A DNA stretch of 62,878 nucleotides, filler included, from Candidatus Rokuibacteriota bacterium (GTDB lineage Bacteria > JAUVQV01 > DATDCY01): NCBI GenBank assembly GCA_031406795.1. It is 7 parts of 7 records of this genome, joined end to end, with 100 filler letters (N's around TTAATTAATTAA, not from the genome) between each part and the next. Parts side by side here need not be neighbours in the genome. Positions count along the whole stretch, not along the records: positions 1 to 8,899 come from JANOHV010000202.1; positions 9,000 to 15,752 come from JANOHV010000260.1; 5 more parts are not named here. One strand, given 5' to 3'. Positions within the stretch are counted from its first letter, which is position 1. The number at the start of each line of letters is the position of its first letter. Shown here piece by piece: positions 1 to 9,272 of the stretch. The translations under genes were made by a program, and so were the position numbers. Under the pieces are notes generated by a model. That model was not told the origin of the DNA, made no database searches, and worked only from the letters and a program-made list of their open reading frames with translations.

Positions 1-243
<243 letters not shown>

Positions 244-267
244 TCAGTGCTGAAGTGGGGCGGCGAA

Positions 268-564
268 CTACTTCTCGATTACGCCGAGGATGTCATCCTC
301 GCGCAGGATCAGGTACTCGTCTTCGTCGATCTTGACTTCGGTGCCGCTGTACTTGCCGAAGAGGATCTTGTCGCCCTTCTTGACATCGGGCGCCAGCACG
401 GTGCCGTCGTCCTTGATCTTGCCCTTGCCCGTCGCGATCACTTCACCCATGATCGGCTTCTCTTTTGCCGAGTCAGGGATGATGATGCCGCCCTTGGTCT
501 TTTCGGCCTCTTCGAGACGCTTCACCAGAATCCGGTCGTGCAGGGGACGAATCTTTGACGCCAT
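268..564 (-). CDS. groES: Co-chaperonin GroES
   Basis: [55 protein letters not shown] before ATG at 564. Confidence 0.98.
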   Translation of the reverse strand: MASKIRPLHDRILVKRLEEAEKTKGGIIIPDSAKEKPIMGEVIATGKGKIKDDGTVLAPDVKKGDKILFGKYSGTEVKIDEDEYLILREDDILGVIEK

Positions 565-626
565 AGTCGTGTTGCTCCTTTCGTGCTTTTTGGTAGTGAC
601 TCTACCCTTCAACGGAGAGCCTGACG

Positions 627-653
627 TTAGCACTCCCCGTCACCGACTGCTAA
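627..653. promoter_or_regulatory. CIRCE element (HrcA operator)
   Basis: TTAGCACTC-N9-GACTGCTAA, one mismatch from TTAGCACTC-N9-GAGTGCTAA, in the groES leader. Confidence 0.93.
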
Positions 654-663
654 CAGGCCCACA

Positions 664-692
664 ATATAGGGGTTGATGGTGCATATATCAAG
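664..692 (-). promoter_or_regulatory. Probable sigma32-like heat-shock promoter of groESL
   Basis: Minus strand CTTGATA-N13-CCCCTATAT resembles CTTGAAA-N13/14-CCCCATNT; just upstream of CIRCE. Confidence 0.6.
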
Positions 693-927
693 AGAATAAT
701 TTGAATGATACGAAACCATGATGGTCGCCAACGGCCGATATCAGACAATTATGGCATTTGTTTTCCAAAATCTTACAATATCTTAATATTTCTCTATATT
801 TCAAACTTTTTGCCTCTGAGATCGGCGCTCAGCAGGGCGGCAGCCTCGTGCGCAAAAACCTGTCGTTGCGGACAGCCCCGGCCTTGAGAGCACGTTTTTC
901 CATGGCCCTCCGCTCAAAGCTCGTGGT

Positions 928-2301
928 ATGAATCATCCCATGATGCCACCGATTTCCTCACGAGAGCGCGCCACCCGCCTGATCGAGGCCTTGCTCGGGA
1001 ATCGCCGCGAGGGCGGCCCCCGTGCGGGAGAAACGGCGCGTCTCGATCCGCGCGACGAGCGATTCGCCGCCGAACTCGCCCACGGCGTGGTGCGCCACCT
1101 CTCGCGGGTCGACTGGATCATCGCCCACGCGGCCGGCAAGGAGATCGAGCGCATCGTCCCACCTGCCCTGGCGGCCGCCCGCATCGGCGTTTACCAGTTG
1201 CTGTTCACCCCTTCGGTCCCCGCCTATGCCGCGGTGTCGGCGAGCGTCGACCTGGCCCGCACGCTCGCGCCCCAGACCGCCGGCTTCGTGAACTGGCTGC
1301 TGCGGCGCATCGGGGAGGATGCCGTCAACCAGCCCCGGCGCGCGGACTTCAGCGACGAACTCTCCTGGCTCGCCGCCTTTCACTCCTTCCCGCACTGGAT
1401 GGTGCGACGCTGGGTGAAGCGGCTCGGTGCCGCCGAAGCCGCGCTGCTACTGCAGGCGATGAACACCCACCCCTCCCCGCACCTGCGGGTGAACCGTCTG
1501 CGCACCACGCCCGCGGAGGTCGCCGGCGCGCTCGCCGCGGCCGGCTTCGAAGTCGAGCCCGGACGCTACACGCCCGATGCGCTGCACGTGCGCGGCGCCG
1601 GCGCGCTCACCGGGACGGCGCCCTTTCGCGAGGGGGCGATCTACTTCCAGGACGAGTCGTCGCAGTTGGCCGCGCTGGTGCTGGACCCGCGACCCGGGGA
1701 GCGCGTCCTCGATGCGTGCACCGGCGTCGGCGGCAAGGCGACGCAGATCGCCGAGCTCTCCGGCAACAAGGCGCGGATCGTCGCCGTCGACCAGGACTCC
1801 AGCCGCCTGGCGCGTCTTGCGGAGAATACCCGCCGCCTGGGCGCCGAAGGGATCGAGCCGCGCCGCGGCGACCTGCTCGATCCGGGCACCTGCGGCGACG
1901 AGCGCTTCGATGCGGTCCTGCTGGACGCGCCCTGCAGTTCGCTCGGGACGATCCCGCGCCACCCCGAGATCAAGTGGGCCAAGAAGGCCTCCGACCCGAA
2001 ACGCCTCGCGGAGCTGCAGCTTCGTCTCCTCGAGCGTTCGGCGGCTCTGCTCGACCCCGGCGGCCGGATCGTGTTCAGCACCTGCTCCACGGAGCCCGAG
2101 GAGGGCGAGGACGTGATTACCCGGTTCCTCAAGACGCACCCGGGTTTCCAGGTCGCCAGGATCGGGGTTCAATCTTCACCGGCCGGGGGAATCGGGAACC
2201 TCGGTGATCTGCTGACCCCCCGGGGCTTTCTGCGCACCTGGCCGCACCGCCACGGCATCGGCGGCGCATTCGTCGCCATGCTGACGAGCGAAAGGCGCTA
2301 G
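928..2301 (+). CDS. rsmB: 16S rRNA m5C967 methyltransferase RsmB/Sun (NusB-like N-domain)
   Basis: FQDESSQ, VLDACTGVGGK SAM motif, DAPCSSLG and STCS catalytic Cys motifs. Start may be 940 or 943. Confidence 0.93.
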   Translation: MNHPMMPPISSRERATRLIEALLGNRREGGPRAGETARLDPRDERFAAELAHGVVRHLSRVDWIIAHAAGKEIERIVPPALAAARIGVYQLLFTPSVPAYAAVSASVDLARTLAPQTAGFVNWLLRRIGEDAVNQPRRADFSDELSWLAAFHSFPHWMVRRWVKRLGAAEAALLLQAMNTHPSPHLRVNRLRTTPAEVAGALAAAGFEVEPGRYTPDALHVRGAGALTGTAPFREGAIYFQDESSQLAALVLDPRPGERVLDACTGVGGKATQIAELSGNKARIVAVDQDSSRLARLAENTRRLGAEGIEPRRGDLLDPGTCGDERFDAVLLDAPCSSLGTIPRHPEIKWAKKASDPKRLAELQLRLLERSAALLDPGGRIVFSTCSTEPEEGEDVITRFLKTHPGFQVARIGVQSSPAGGIGNLGDLLTPRGFLRTWPHRHGIGGAFVAMLTSERR

Positions 2302-2448
2302 GCTCGAAGCCAGCCGACATTCGGGAGCATGCCGGGGAGGAACAGGAAACACCTCGCAGTACTGATGGCGGTTATATATTCACTAGCACCGCCATGGCGA
2401 TTGTAGTATATATGAGCACACACGGACCATCGTCACGGGAGGCAATCG

Positions 2449-3624
2449 ATGTCAGGTAAGCGGATTCACCTCGACCATGCGGCGACCACTCCGGTGGACC
2501 CGGCTGTGGTGGCGGCGATGCTGCCGTATTTCACCGAGCGCTTCGGCAACCCGGCGAGCCTCTACGAAGAGGGCCTGGTCGCCCGGATCGCCGTCGACCT
2601 CGCCCGCGGGCAGGTGGCGCGGCTGCTCGGCGCCGACCCGTCGGAGGTCGTCTTCACCAGCGGCGGGTCCGAGAGCGACAATCACGCGATCCGGGGCGTG
2701 GTGCTCGCCCGCGGGCGCGAGGGCGCCCACATCATCACGACCGCCGTCGAACACCACGCCGTCCTCGAAACCGCCCACGACCTCGCCGGCCAGGGTTGCG
2801 ATCTCACGATCCTGCCCGTCGACGGCCAGGGCCTCGTGGACCCCGAAGACGTGCGGCGCGCCATCACTCCGAAGACGGTGCTGGTCTCCGTGATGCACGC
2901 GAACAACGAGGTCGGCACCGTTCAGCCGATCGCGGAGATCGGCCGGATTGCGCGGGAAGCGGGCGTCGTCTTCCACACCGACGCGGTGCAGACGTACGGA
3001 CACCTCCCGACCCCGGTCGACGAACTGGGCGTGGACCTGCTCTCGCTCTCCGGGCACAAACTCTACGGCCCCAAGGGGATCGGGGCGTTGTATGTCCGCA
3101 AGGGGACCCCGCTCGCGAAGCTGCTGCACGGCGGGAGCCAGGAGTCCGGCCGCCGCGCCGGGACCTGCAACGTCCCGGGGATCGTCGGCCTCGGCAAGGC
3201 GGCCGCGATCGCCGCGCGCGCGATGGCTGATGACGCGGCGCACTGCGCAAGGCTGCGGGATCGGCTCATATCGGGCATCACCGGCGGCATCGAGCAGGTG
3301 CGGCTCAACGGCCACCCCGAGCGGCGACTGCCGAACAACGCCAGCTTCACCATCGCCGGCGTCGAGGGAGAGGCACTGCTGCTCCTGCTCGACCGGCAGG
3401 GATTCTCGGTCTCCTCGGGCTCCGCGTGCGCGTCCAGCTCGGCGGACCCCTCGCACGTGCTCGTCGCGATGGGGGTTCCGGCGCCCCTGGCCCACGGTTC
3501 AGTGCGGGTGACCGTCGGCCGGAGCACCAGCGTCGAGGACATCGATCGTTTTCGGGACGCGCTCGCCGACTGCGTCGCGGGGCTCAGGCGGATTTCCCCC
3601 CGCGGTGCCGAGTGCGGGTGGTGA
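2449..3624 (+). CDS. iscS: Cysteine desulfurase (IscS/NifS group I)
   Basis: LDHAATTP, FTSGGSES, HTDAVQ, SGHK (PLP Lys), SSGSACAS; GGAGG RBS. Confidence 0.93.
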   Translation: MSGKRIHLDHAATTPVDPAVVAAMLPYFTERFGNPASLYEEGLVARIAVDLARGQVARLLGADPSEVVFTSGGSESDNHAIRGVVLARGREGAHIITTAVEHHAVLETAHDLAGQGCDLTILPVDGQGLVDPEDVRRAITPKTVLVSVMHANNEVGTVQPIAEIGRIAREAGVVFHTDAVQTYGHLPTPVDELGVDLLSLSGHKLYGPKGIGALYVRKGTPLAKLLHGGSQESGRRAGTCNVPGIVGLGKAAAIAARAMADDAAHCARLRDRLISGITGGIEQVRLNGHPERRLPNNASFTIAGVEGEALLLLLDRQGFSVSSGSACASSSADPSHVLVAMGVPAPLAHGSVRVTVGRSTSVEDIDRFRDALADCVAGLRRISPRGAECGW

Positions 3625-3732
3625 CCGGTCCGACGGCGTTCACCGGCGGCGTCGGCGGCCCCCGTCGATCGTCCGGGATCAGGTTCGGCAATCATGCCGT
3701 GCGCGGCCCGGCGTCCGGCCGCTGAAGGAGGA

Positions 3733-4884
3733 ATGATGGAGATCGCAACGCAAGCCGTGCGCATCGGGTTGGATTGGGACAGCCGCACCGGAGCGGTGAC
3801 GATCCCCGTCTACCAGACCGCGACATTCCGCCACCCCGGGTTGGGGCAGAGCACCGGCTACGACTACAGCCGCTCGGGGAACCCGACCCGGCAGGCGCTC
3901 GAGGAAGGGATGGCCCGGCTCGACGGCGGCGCGCGAGGTTTCGCCTACTCGTCGGGGATGGCCGCCATCACCAGCCTGATGCTGCTCTTCAAGCCGGGCG
4001 ACCACATCGTCGTCACCGAGGACCTCTACGGCGGCACCTACCGGCTCTTCGAGCAGGTCTTCAGGCGCTACGGCCTGGAGTTCAGCTACGCCGACACCAG
4101 CGACGAGGAAAGCGTCCGCGCGGCGTTCCGGCACGAGACGCGGGCGCTCTTCGTCGAGTCGCTCACCAACCCGCTGCTCAAGTTCGCCGACATCCCGGCG
4201 CTCGCCGGGCTCTGCCGGGAGCGGGGCATCCTCTGCATCGTCGACAACACCTTCCTCACGCCGTATCTGCTGCGGCCCCTCGAGCTGGGCGCCGATATGA
4301 CCATCTACAGCGGCAGCAAGTACCTCTCGGGCCACAACGACACGATCTGCGGCATCGCCGTCGTCAAGGAGCCGGAACTGGCCGAGCGGGTCTACTTCCA
4401 CCAGAACGCCGCCGGTGCCGTGCTCGGCCCGCAGGACAGCTGGCTCGTAATCCGCGGACTCAAGACGCTCGGCATCCGTCTCGACCGGCAACAGCAGAAC
4501 GCTCGAGCGATCGCCGATTGGCTCGGCGCCCACCCGCTCGTCGCGAAAGTCCGCTATCCCGGACTCCCCGGACATCCCGACCACGAGCTCATGCAGCGGC
4601 AGGCCGGGGGGTTCGGCGCCATGGTGTCCTTCGAGGTCGCCGCCCCGGAGCTGGTGGAACGCATCCTGGGCGCAACGCGCCTGATCTCGTTCGCCGAGAG
4701 CCTCGGCGGCGTCGAATCGCTGATCACCTATCCCTGGCTGCAGACGCACGCCGACATCGAGCCGGAGTTGCGCGCGCGGCTCGGCATCTCCGAGACGCTG
4801 CTGCGGCTCTCCGTCGGCATCGAGGATGCGCGCGATCTGATCGCCGACCTGGCGCAAGCGTTCGACGGGGGGGAACCGCGATGA
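3733..4884 (+). CDS. Cys/Met metabolism PLP enzyme, cystathionine gamma-synthase-like
   Basis: YDYSRSGNPT, DLYGGTY, VDNTF, SGSKYLSGH, AESLGG, LRLSVGIE; AAGGAGG RBS before ATG at 3733/3736. Confidence 0.9.
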   Translation: MMEIATQAVRIGLDWDSRTGAVTIPVYQTATFRHPGLGQSTGYDYSRSGNPTRQALEEGMARLDGGARGFAYSSGMAAITSLMLLFKPGDHIVVTEDLYGGTYRLFEQVFRRYGLEFSYADTSDEESVRAAFRHETRALFVESLTNPLLKFADIPALAGLCRERGILCIVDNTFLTPYLLRPLELGADMTIYSGSKYLSGHNDTICGIAVVKEPELAERVYFHQNAAGAVLGPQDSWLVIRGLKTLGIRLDRQQQNARAIADWLGAHPLVAKVRYPGLPGHPDHELMQRQAGGFGAMVSFEVAAPELVERILGATRLISFAESLGGVESLITYPWLQTHADIEPELRARLGISETLLRLSVGIEDARDLIADLAQAFDGGEPR

Positions 4885-6023
4885 AATTCGCCACGCGCAT
4901 CGTTCATGGCCCGCATGCGCTCGATCCGTCGACCGGCGCGCTCTCGGTCCCGGTGCACCACGCCTCGACGTTCGCGCAAAGCTCGGTCGACCACTTCGGG
5001 AAATACGACTACGGCCGTTCGGGCAACCCGACGCGCGAGGCGCTCGAAGACACCGTTGCCGCCCTCGAAGGCGGCGCGATCGCCTGCGCCTTCGGCTCCG
5101 GGATGGCGGCCATCTCCTCGACGCTGCTGCTCTTCGCTCCCGGCGACCATCTCGTGGTCTGCGAGGACGTCTACGGCGGGGCCTTCAGGATACTCACCGG
5201 CGTCTTCGCCCGGTGGGGGTTGGCCGTCACGTTCGTCGACGCCACCGACCTCGCGGCCGTCGAGGCGGCAATCGGCCCGCGCACGAAAGCGATCTACCTC
5301 GAGACGCCGTCGAATCCCCTGCTGAAGATCACGGATCTGCGCGGTGCAGCGGCGCTGGCGCGCGAGCGCGGGCTGCTCTCGCTCGTGGACAACACCTTCA
5401 TGACGCCGTACCTGCAGCGGCCGCTGGAACTCGGCTGCGATCTCGTGCTGCACAGCGGCACCAAGTTCCTCAACGGACACAGCGACGTGGTCTGCGGGTT
5501 CGCCGTGGCCGCCGACCCCGCTCTCGGGAAGCGGCTGCGCGCCGTCCAGAATGCATTCGGCGCCATCCTCGGCCCCCAGGACTGCTGGCTGACGATGCGC
5601 GGACTCAAGACACTCAAGGTCCGGATGGACGCCAGCCAGCGCGGCGCCGAGCGGATCGCCGCCTGGCTCGCGGGGCAGCGCAACGTCGCGCGCGTCCACT
5701 ACCCGGGACTTTCCGGGCACCCCGGCGCCGAGGTCCACCGAACTCAGGCCGACGGCCCCGGCGCGGTCCTCTCGTTCGAACTGGCGTCTGCGGCGCTGAC
5801 CCGGCGGCTCCTCGAAGGCGTGGAGTTGGCCGCCTTCGCGGTGAGCCTCGGGGGCGTGGAGAGCATCCTCTCCTGGCCGTCCAGGATGTCCCACGCGGCG
5901 ATGCCGCCCGCGGAGCGTGCGGCGCGCGGGATCAGCGACAATCTGGTGAGGCTCTCGGTGGGTCTGGAAGATCCCGACGATCTTATCGCCGATCTCGATC
6001 GGTTGCTCGGCGATTCCCGTTAG
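4881..6023 (+). CDS. Cys/Met metabolism PLP enzyme, cystathionine beta-lyase-like
   Basis: Starts MKFATRIVHG with ATGA overlap of the upstream paralog; YGRSGNPT, ETPSNP, HSGTKFLNGH, VSLGG. Confidence 0.9.
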   Translation: MKFATRIVHGPHALDPSTGALSVPVHHASTFAQSSVDHFGKYDYGRSGNPTREALEDTVAALEGGAIACAFGSGMAAISSTLLLFAPGDHLVVCEDVYGGAFRILTGVFARWGLAVTFVDATDLAAVEAAIGPRTKAIYLETPSNPLLKITDLRGAAALARERGLLSLVDNTFMTPYLQRPLELGCDLVLHSGTKFLNGHSDVVCGFAVAADPALGKRLRAVQNAFGAILGPQDCWLTMRGLKTLKVRMDASQRGAERIAAWLAGQRNVARVHYPGLSGHPGAEVHRTQADGPGAVLSFELASAALTRRLLEGVELAAFAVSLGGVESILSWPSRMSHAAMPPAERAARGISDNLVRLSVGLEDPDDLIADLDRLLGDSR

Positions 6024-6026
6024 CCG

Positions 6027-6221
6027 TCAGATCCCTTCGCCGTCAAGGCAGGCGATACCAACCGAGAGGCGTACCTTCTCATGGCGGTCGATCTGTACGA
6101 CGCGTCCATCCTGGATAACAAGCGTCACCGTGCCAAAACGCAGCGCGGCGAGCGCTTCACTGATGCGCCGCTCGAGTTCTGGAGGCAGCGGGGCTGACGT
6201 ATTACTGGGCTGTTGCGGCAT
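6027..6221 (-). CDS. YezD/DUF2292 family small protein
   Basis: LRFGTVTLVIQDGRVVQIDRHEKVRL signature; GAGGAGG RBS before ATG at 6221. Confidence 0.85.
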   Translation of the reverse strand: MPQQPSNTSAPLPPELERRISEALAALRFGTVTLVIQDGRVVQIDRHEKVRLSVGIACLDGEGI

Positions 6222-6257
6222 CTCGGCCCTCCTCACGTGGTCCGCACTTATTTCTTA

Positions 6258-6285
6258 TTGACATCCTGTTGGCATAGTATATCAT
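6258..6285 (+). promoter_or_regulatory. sigma70-type promoter of the rhodanese gene
   Basis: TTGACA-N16-TATCAT in an AT-rich divergent spacer. Confidence 0.65.
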
Positions 6286-6385
6286 AGAGATAGTTATTGT
6301 CGTGTATGTTTTGTGTCACTGGTCGCATCAGGTGTCACGGACGGAATAGGCTATCGAGGTAAGCTGAGGCTGACCAGGCAACTGG

Positions 6386-6436
6386 AGGCCAGGCAGGATC
6401 GACCGAGAACCGGTCGTCCTGCCTGGCCTTTTTTTT
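6386..6436 (+). terminator. Intrinsic terminator inside a 5' leader (attenuator-like)
   Basis: AGGCCAGGCAGGA(T)CGACCG pairs with CGGTCG-TCCTGCCTGGCCT, then a T-run; lies between the promoter and the RBS of the gene at 6455. Confidence 0.85.
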
Positions 6437-6454
6437 ACCCGAAAGGAGAGCGGC

Positions 6455-7417
6455 ATGAAAAAGGTCTTCATTGGTTTTGTTACAGCAGTGGTACTGACGG
6501 CATCGTTCGCCGCGGCGGAAACGGGCACAGGATACAAGGGCTACCCTCGCGGCGATGCACTGGTCAGCGTGCACGAACTCAAGGACTTGATCGAAAGCGG
6601 CACCCCGAACCTCGTCATTATCGAGACCGCGAGCGCAGTGGAGTATTATCTGGGCCACATCCCGGGCGCGCGGCTCGTCGAGCGGGCGGATTTCGAGGCA
6701 CCCCCCGAGACGCAGGACGGTGTCACCGGCAATCTGATCGATGCAACCGGCTTTTCGAAACTCGCGCGAAGGCTCGGCGTCAACCGCGACTCCAAGATCG
6801 TGATCTACGACCGGCGCTGCGATGCGACTCGTCTCTGGTGGGCCTTCTTCTACTTCGGCAAGCTCGACGTGCGCGTTCTCGATGGCGGGATCGTGGCCTG
6901 GAAGAGCGAGGGCAACCCGACCGACCTGCTCGCGGGTGCAGCCCCGATGTCCGGTTCCTTCACCGCGGCCGTAAGCCTCCCGTCGCTTCGCGTGGAGACA
7001 GAAGCGATCGTCGCCCTGCGCTCCGACACCTCAGGACAGCTCTGGGATACCCGCGACCGGAAAGAATTCTGCGGCGAGGAGATGAAGCGTGGGGCGTACC
7101 GGGCGGGACGCATCCCCTGGGGCCGCCACAGCGAGTGGACCCTCTTCAAGAGCAAGGGAAACCCCACCGAATGGCTGCCGGCGGCCGACGTGCTCGCCGT
7201 GCTCGACCGGCTGGGTTTCGACCGCGGCAGCGACCAGTTCTTCTTCTGCCAGTCCGGCGTGCGGTCAACGCAGGCGCTTTTCACGCTGTACCTTGCGGGG
7301 TGGGACATCGAGAAGCTGCACAATTACGACAGTTCCTGGATCGGTTGGTCAAAGGACCCGCAGCTTCCGGTCAAGGTCGGCTGCGCACCGGAGGAGGTCG
7401 CGGCGATTGTTCGTTGA
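6455..7417 (+). CDS. Tandem-domain rhodanese/sulfurtransferase with N-terminal signal peptide
   Basis: GHIPGA, VLDGG, GRIP, active-site loop CQSGVRS, YDSSWIGW; MKK + hydrophobic core + Ala-rich cleavage region. Confidence 0.88.
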   Translation: MKKVFIGFVTAVVLTASFAAAETGTGYKGYPRGDALVSVHELKDLIESGTPNLVIIETASAVEYYLGHIPGARLVERADFEAPPETQDGVTGNLIDATGFSKLARRLGVNRDSKIVIYDRRCDATRLWWAFFYFGKLDVRVLDGGIVAWKSEGNPTDLLAGAAPMSGSFTAAVSLPSLRVETEAIVALRSDTSGQLWDTRDRKEFCGEEMKRGAYRAGRIPWGRHSEWTLFKSKGNPTEWLPAADVLAVLDRLGFDRGSDQFFFCQSGVRSTQALFTLYLAGWDIEKLHNYDSSWIGWSKDPQLPVKVGCAPEEVAAIVR

Positions 7418-8413
7418 TTATATCTGGTAGTCGACGAGATCCGAGCGCTTCTGGAGGACGATGATCCTCGCCTCCTCGTTGATGACGATCGAGTTGGCGG
7501 GGACGCTGCGGTTGAGAAACACTCCCGCCCCGATCGTGCTCCCGGCGCCGACGACCGTGTCGCCGCCCATGATCGTGGCACCGGCATACACCGTCACGCG
7601 GTCCTCGAGTGCCGGGTGGCGAATCTTGCCGTGCAGAGCGCGCCCGCCCGAGAGCGACCGCGCGATGAGCCCGACGCTCTGGTAGATCTTGACGTGGTCG
7701 CCGATGCGCGAGGTCTCGCCGATGACCGTACCCGTGCCGTGGTCGATGTAGAAGTGCGAGCCGATCTCGGCGCCCGGGTGGATGTCGATGCCGGTGCGCG
7801 AGTGCGCATACTCGGTCATGATCCGCGGCACGAGCGGGACGCCCTTGGCGTAGAGGATGTGCGCCATGCGCTGGATGGCGACCGCCTCGACGAAGGGATA
7901 GGCCAGGATGACCTCGTCGATGGCCACCGAGGCCGGGTCGCCCTGGAAGGCGGCCTCGACGTCGGTCTGCAGCACCTCGCGCACGGTGGGCAGGGCGCGC
8001 AGGAACTCGGCCGTGATGACGCCGGCGAGGCTCGGCACCTCCGGCAGCGCCGGGCAGGCGGGCGAACAGCGGAGGCTCTTGGTGATCTCGTCGCGCAGAC
8101 GCTGGCAGACCGAGTGCAACAGCACGGCGACCTGTCTTTCGAGTTCGTCGGCGTGAGGCAGGCGCTCGTCGAAGAAACCCGGGAAGAGCAGCCGCAGCAG
8201 GTCCCGCGCGATCATCCCCACTGCGCGTTTCGAGGGAAGGTTCTTCCCCTCGAGGTGGTTGATGCTCCCCACCCGCCGGTAGGAGTCGACGAGCAGCGCG
8301 GCCGGCTCCTCGCAGCGCGCGCACAACCGGGGATTGCCTGTTGCGGGATCGGGGCTGCCGCACGCCGGAATCCGACATCCCCGCCCATCTTGGCCCGACC
8401 GCTGCTCGCTCAT
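7418..8413 (-). CDS. cysE: Serine O-acetyltransferase (EpsC-type)
   Basis: GDPAS, AHSRTGIDIHPGA, IDHGTGTVIGET, RHP hexapeptide region; GGAGGAGG RBS before ATG at 8413. Confidence 0.92.
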   Translation of the reverse strand: MSEQRSGQDGRGCRIPACGSPDPATGNPRLCARCEEPAALLVDSYRRVGSINHLEGKNLPSKRAVGMIARDLLRLLFPGFFDERLPHADELERQVAVLLHSVCQRLRDEITKSLRCSPACPALPEVPSLAGVITAEFLRALPTVREVLQTDVEAAFQGDPASVAIDEVILAYPFVEAVAIQRMAHILYAKGVPLVPRIMTEYAHSRTGIDIHPGAEIGSHFYIDHGTGTVIGETSRIGDHVKIYQSVGLIARSLSGGRALHGKIRHPALEDRVTVYAGATIMGGDTVVGAGSTIGAGVFLNRSVPANSIVINEEARIIVLQKRSDLVDYQI

Positions 8414-8799
8414 GTCCAGGCGCTCCTCCTCCATGCTCCGGAAGATAGTACCCTTCCCGCGGCGCGGATGAAAGACCCTCGCGTACGCCGACGGTAAAAC
8501 CAGACGTCCGGTTGGCTGCAACGCTCTCGTCGGGCTGATCCGGGGCAGGCGCTTAGCCGACCACTTAATTCCGTAATCGAACAAACCAACTATTGCTATA
8601 TTCCGAGTAGTGTCATATAAACTCAACCCGAAAATATCAACAATGACAGATGAATAGACGGTATCGTGCGTGAAGTGAGACTCGCGCGGGCGACCTGCTA
8701 ATTGGGTAGCTCAGCGGTCATTATAACAAGACGGCTGGTGGGGGGAGTCGACAAGTCACGCTGTCGGCAGATGACAAGGGAACAGGGGAAGGGAGCGGT

Positions 8800-8899
8800 A
8801 TGAGCGAGATTGTGATGTTTGCACTGGGGTGCGGAGTGCTCGGGGTGGTGTACGCGCTGGTCACCGCCAGCTGGGTGATCAAGCAGGACGCCGGGAGTT
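8800..8899 (+). CDS. Probable N-terminus of a membrane H+/Na+-translocating pyrophosphatase (truncated by contig end)
   Basis: MSEIVMFALGCGVLGVVYALVTASWVIKQDAGS resembles the first TM helix and xxAG motif of HppA; only 33 codons visible. Confidence 0.6.
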
Positions 8900-8999
8900 N
8901 NNNNNNNNNNNNNNNNNNNNNNNNNNNNNNNNNNNNNNNNNNNTTAATTAATTAANNNNNNNNNNNNNNNNNNNNNNNNNNNNNNNNNNNNNNNNNNNN
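8900..8999. other. Artificial contig linker
   Basis: N-run with TTAATTAATTAA (stops in all six frames). Confidence 0.99.
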
Positions 9000-9272
9000 G
9001 TCGCGCACGCGGCGGCCGGCGAGGAGGACTGGCTGACGGAGATGCCGCCCGACGAGGTGCCCGCCCCCGTCGCGGAGTATGGTACGGACGAGGCGCCGCC
9101 CTGGGCCGTGGCGATGATGGAGGAGCTGCAGCAGCTTCGCGCCGAAAACGCCGCTCTACGCGCGGCGCTGCGGAGCATGACGACACTGCTGGACCGTCAG
9201 ATCGACGTGCTGCGCGAGGGCCGCGACGAGCTCCAGCGCCACGTCGGCGACAATACCGGGGAGAGCGCCTGA
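9000..9272 (+). CDS. Hypothetical protein, 3' part (coiled-coil-like)
   Basis: Open from contig start; stop overlaps purM start (TGATG). Confidence 0.6.
   Translation, partial: VAHAAAGEEDWLTEMPPDEVPAPVAEYGTDEAPPWAVAMMEELQQLRAENAALRAALRSMTTLLDRQIDVLREGRDELQRHVGDNTGESA

Noticed and set aside
3622-3700. Selenocysteine read-through of the iscS TGA
   Set aside because: The protein is already full length and the catalytic Cys is intact.
3774-6023. 749-aa ORF suggesting a large fusion protein
   Set aside because: The first half is an off-frame shadow of the upstream paralog; the real gene starts at 4881.
2370-8620. Shared Rrf2/CymR-like boxes at ~2373, ~6250 and ~8597
   Set aside because: Only short AT-rich similarity (TATATTC); no consistent palindrome could be aligned.
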